Notes under the pieces: model-generated
Database searches by the model: none
The model's input: the letters and a program-made list of their open reading frames with translations, nothing else
What the model was told of the DNA's origin: nothing
Program-made: the position numbers and the translations under genes
From: an uncultured virus (IMG/VR IMGVR_UViG_3300009502_000043)
Lineage: Duplodnaviria > Heunggongvirae > Uroviricota > Caudoviricetes
IMG/VR virus record: IMGVR_UViG_3300009502_000043
Length of the DNA stretch: 20,000 nucleotides
Direction: 5' to 3' (one strand)
Part shown: positions 17,463-20,000 of the stretch, one piece after another
How the letters are laid out: every line of letters starts with the position of its first letter
Numbering within the stretch: position 1 is the stretch's first letter

Positions 17463-17705
17463 ATGGAAAGACCTTTATATGAAATTGCGAAAGATATTCG
17501 CGAGAATTGGAAAAATATTGATCCTTTTGCAAAAGAATATGTTGATGCTTTAGCAAAAATGAAAACAATCAATGAAAAATATGGTTGTGAAGATGCTGAT
17601 ACAATTGTAATTCGTTTTCTTTGCAATGTACAAACATGGCGAGGTGAACATGCAAGAAGAATCAAACTTGAATTGAATACAATGTTAAAAAATATGAAAA
17701 AATGA
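17463..17705 (+). CDS. conserved hypothetical phage protein (RPLYEIA...WRGEHARRIK)
   Basis: Pattern recalled from a widespread small phage protein family. Function unknown. Confidence 0.82.
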   Translation: MERPLYEIAKDIRENWKNIDPFAKEYVDALAKMKTINEKYGCEDADTIVIRFLCNVQTWRGEHARRIKLELNTMLKNMKK

Positions 17706-17812
17706 ATAACAGACAATTGTTTAAAAAAATTATTGTTGCAATTATTCTATTGATCGCATTTTATTTGATATATAGAGAAGATAAAAATAAAGATAAAGAA
17801 GATTCAGATTAA
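17702..17812 (+). CDS. small single-TM membrane peptide (36 aa), not in ORF track
   Basis: ATGA overlap. MNNRQLFKKIIVAIILLIAFYLIYREDKNKDKEDSD, with the stop inside the terminator hairpin. Confidence 0.55.
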   Translation: MNNRQLFKKIIVAIILLIAFYLIYREDKNKDKEDSD

Positions 17813-17829
17813 TTCTGAGTTCTCTTTTC
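17796..17829 (+). terminator. intrinsic terminator
   Basis: AGAAGATTCAGA-ttaat-TCTGAGTTCTCTTTT (imperfect stem). Confidence 0.6.
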
Positions 17830-17847
17830 ATTTATATTAAGTTAACT

Positions 17848-17880
17848 CATATTGTCACAAAAAACTGGATATATAAATTA
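17848..17880 (+). promoter_or_regulatory. putative phage promoter, copy 9
   Basis: CATATT-gtcacaaaaaact-GGATATATAAATTA. Confidence 0.75.
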
Positions 17881-17906
17881 TAAATAATTACTAAAAATCA
17901 CTACTT

Positions 17907-18434
17907 ATGAAACTTATTACGTTAGAACCAAATTTCGCAAAGTTAACAGATCAACAAAAATTCGATATTCTTTTCGAATTGTATCTGATTAACAATCCTG
18001 TTGATATTATTACTACAATTGTTGATCAAGATTTCGACATTTATGTAGACATGGTTGAATCAGAATTAGAATCAAAAATTAAACCAAAAAATTATGCAAT
18101 ATCACCTTTTGCCTGGGTTGCTATTCAAGTTATTATTGTTGATTTTGGCGGATGGTGTTATATTGATGTTTTTGATGCAATGGATTCACTGACATCTGAA
18201 GATGAAATGGAAGCATTATTTCCAGATGCACCTCATGTAAGAGATGTTGATTGTGGCATTGATTTTATGCCTTGGACAATGCCAAATGCTCGCAAATATG
18301 CTGCCGATAAAATTGCCGCAAAATTTCTGATGCCATTTCTTCAGAATGAAAAAATCAAACAGTATTTGGTTGAAGAACACAGTTTATTGCCTGAACTTGT
18401 TCCGTTGGATATTACTGGTTGGTTTGAAGATTAA
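17907..18434 (+). CDS. hypothetical acidic protein (175 aa)
   Basis: ORF after the promoter motif. Last + strand gene. Confidence 0.82.
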   Translation: MKLITLEPNFAKLTDQQKFDILFELYLINNPVDIITTIVDQDFDIYVDMVESELESKIKPKNYAISPFAWVAIQVIIVDFGGWCYIDVFDAMDSLTSEDEMEALFPDAPHVRDVDCGIDFMPWTMPNARKYAADKIAAKFLMPFLQNEKIKQYLVEEHSLLPELVPLDITGWFED

Positions 18435-18448
18435 GTTCAACAATATAT

Positions 18449-18492
18449 TGAAAAAAATATCCAAATCTTGATTGATTTGGATATTTTTTTCA
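18449..18492 (+). terminator. intrinsic terminator for + strand block (likely bidirectional)
   Basis: TGAAAAAAATATCCAAATC...GATTTGGATATTTTTTTCA perfect 19-bp inverted repeat. Confidence 0.8.
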
Positions 18493-18506
18493 CTTTTTCA
18501 ATTCCA

Positions 18507-18596
18507 CGCACCGGGAAAAGTCTCTAAAAGTGATTTTTTTGAATTTTGAGTACACCTGTCTTCACTTCTCTCAAATTTTGAGTATTTCCCGGTGCG
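18507..18596. repeat. GC-rich 12-bp inverted repeat element at the strand-switch point
   Basis: CGCACCGGGAAA (18507-18518) / TTTCCCGGTGCG (18585-18596), with internal direct repeat AATTTTGAGTA (18542, 18574). Confidence 0.8.
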
Positions 18597-18605
18597 CCAA
18601 ATTGA

Positions 18606-18659
18606 AATTTGCAAAAAATAATCCGAATCAATTAAAATTCGGATATTTTTTTGCAAATT
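18606..18659 (-). terminator. intrinsic terminator for - strand block
   Basis: AATTTGCAAAAAATAATCCGAAT...ATTCGGATATTTTTTTGCAAATT. Confidence 0.75.
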
Positions 18660-18667
18660 CCTTTTGA

Positions 18668-19204
18668 TTAAAATCCGTTGAATGCTCCAGGATTAACTTT
18701 TGGAACAATAACTTCATCTTCAACTTTCACAGCTTTCATGTAATTGTATGAACCAAGTCCTCTTTGACCTGAATCAGTTATTACAAATTTGTATGTACCA
18801 TCAAGTGGAACATCATAAATTGTTGGAAATCTTTCAGTTCCTCTCCACAAATTTCTCAATAAACATCTGGAAGTCATATTGTTTCCTTCACCTTGATGAT
18901 TCCAGATATATTCATCATAAGCTTGCCAATTGTTAGTTATTTTCAAATTTGTGATTTGACCCATAACTTCATTAGTCATAATATCAACTGTTGAATGATG
19001 ATAAAATTTAACATCATTTTTCAACATAAAATTCAATACTTCCAATTCGCGCTTAATGTTTTCTTTTTTCAATTTTGCAGCAATACGATTTTCTTTATCA
19101 TATTCACGTTGCAATTTAGCATATTCGCGATCAGATTTTCTCTGTTCAATTTCTTCCTTTGAATATTTGATTCTCATCAAAGGCTTTCCGTTTTTTCCAT
19201 TCAT
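18668..19204 (-). CDS. hypothetical protein (178 aa)
   Basis: ATG ORF preceded by the repeat hairpin. N-terminal coiled-coil-like region. Confidence 0.82.
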   Translation of the reverse strand: MNGKNGKPLMRIKYSKEEIEQRKSDREYAKLQREYDKENRIAAKLKKENIKRELEVLNFMLKNDVKFYHHSTVDIMTNEVMGQITNLKITNNWQAYDEYIWNHQGEGNNMTSRCLLRNLWRGTERFPTIYDVPLDGTYKFVITDSGQRGLGSYNYMKAVKVEDEVIVPKVNPGAFNGF

Positions 19205-19217
19205 AATATTAAAGTTA

Positions 19218-19265
19218 TTAGTGATTTCTACCTACTTAAGCTCGAATGTTTCCATCCGAGCTTAA
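19218..19265 (-). repeat. 48-bp intergenic repeat copy A with 13-bp GAAA-tetraloop hairpin
   Basis: Minus strand: TTAAGCTCGGATG-GAAA-CATTCGAGCTTAA-GTAGGTAGAAATCACTAA. Confidence 0.85.
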
Positions 19266-19276
19266 ATTGATTGTAG

Positions 19277-19627
19277 TTATTCCGATAATTTGGCAAAATC
19301 CAAATAACTATCAAAATTTGGTAAAATTTTATTCAAAGCGTAACGATCAACAATCAATTCCATACCTCTTTCCAAAACTGTTCGAAAGTCTTTTGGAAGT
19401 TGTTCAACACCATTATCGCTAAAAACTGAAGGTAATCCAACTAATCTGCAAATTCTAATCAATTCATCTTGAGCATCAAGAATTTTATCACCACTCATGA
19501 ACTTTTCAGCTTTTTGATAATTCATAATAAACTCAGCTAATAAAGACATATTGCGTCTAATTACGGCAATTTCTACTCTTTGCATATGTTCAAAAAGTTC
19601 TTCTGAAGTTTCTGCTTTTGCTTCCAT
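19277..19627 (-). CDS. hypothetical protein (116 aa)
   Basis: ATG ORF lying between the two repeat copies. Confidence 0.8.
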   Translation of the reverse strand: MEAKAETSEELFEHMQRVEIAVIRRNMSLLAEFIMNYQKAEKFMSGDKILDAQDELIRICRLVGLPSVFSDNGVEQLPKDFRTVLERGMELIVDRYALNKILPNFDSYLDFAKLSE

Positions 19628-19639
19628 AATATTTTTATT

Positions 19640-19687
19640 TTAGTGATTTCTACCTATTTAAGCCCGAATGTCTCCATTCGGACTTAA
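19640..19687 (-). repeat. 48-bp intergenic repeat copy B with 13-bp GAGA-tetraloop hairpin
   Basis: Minus strand: TTAAGTCCGAATG-GAGA-CATTCGGGCTTAA-ATAGGTAGAAATCACTAA, 42/48 identical to copy A. Confidence 0.85.
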
Positions 19688-19706
19688 TTTATCATATTTT
19701 TGCTTA

Positions 19707-20000
19707 TTAAAAGTGCATTGAAATTGAATATGTATAGTCTTGATTCCCAGGCACTTGTATACCTACTTTATGCTCTTCTGCGAGTTTAATTAACTCAGGT
19801 TTAACAAAATAACAGGTAAAAGACTGATAAAAATAGAAAACAACCCTATTGTTATATTTGTCTTGATCAATCCAAATTCCATGGATTCCATACTCAACAC
19901 TTGCACTGCAAAAGTCTTCCAATATCAATTTGATAAATGGAAATTGCTCAGCCAACTCTTTGTAAACTAATTCGTTGACTCTTTGATTGCCCTTTTCAGG
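19707..20000 (-). CDS. hypothetical protein, 5'-truncated by window edge
   Basis: Frame stays open from 19955 to 20000 (PEKGNQRVNELVYKELAEQFPF...). Confidence 0.72.
   Translation of the reverse strand, partial: PEKGNQRVNELVYKELAEQFPFIKLILEDFCSASVEYGIHGIWIDQDKYNNRVVFYFYQSFTCYFVKPELIKLAEEHKVGIQVPGNQDYTYSISMHF

Noticed and set aside
228..19265. Short opposite-strand ORFs in the track (e.g. 228-413, 1023-1235, 2772-2960, 9822-10187, 13905-14240, 17447-17716, 18748-18936, 19056-19265)
   Set aside because: They overlap better-supported genes on the other strand and have shadow-ORF composition.
19218..19687. CRISPR array interpretation of the 48-bp repeat
   Set aside because: Only two copies, separated by ~375 bp containing a full gene, and no cas genes in the window.
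1..20000. Stop-codon reassignment (TAG=Gln, as in Lak/some crAss phages)
   Set aside because: ORFs are intact and tightly packed under code 11, TAG at 7195 precedes a terminator, and the tRNA anticodon is TTG, not CTA.

Overview
AT-rich (visually about 25% GC), gene-dense segment that looks like part of a large/jumbo bacteriophage genome, probably infecting Bacteroidota (inferred from no Shine-Dalgarno motifs, A-rich leaders, a Bacteroidota-like tRNA-Gln and a Gly-resuming tmRNA). Left part (1-6158): DNA metabolism genes, namely the BRCT end of an NAD-dependent DNA ligase, an Fe-S DinG/XPD-family helicase and a DUF1848-like protein. Middle (6288-8700): two proteins sharing a small domain, then an RNA cluster with a tmRNA (unusually long tag), about 800 nt of densely base-paired non-coding sequence (candidate large ncRNA) and tRNA-Gln(UUG). 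Right part (8777-18434): about 25 small hypothetical + strand genes in short operons. Nine copies of a bipartite motif (YATAWT-N13-GGATAWAT), the likely phage promoter, head gene blocks, often right after a terminator. At 18435-18667 the coding strand switches across a structured element with a GC-rich inverted repeat. Two of the minus-strand genes are each preceded by a 48-bp repeat carrying a covarying GNRA-tetraloop hairpin. All family calls come from motif recognition by eye, not from searches.
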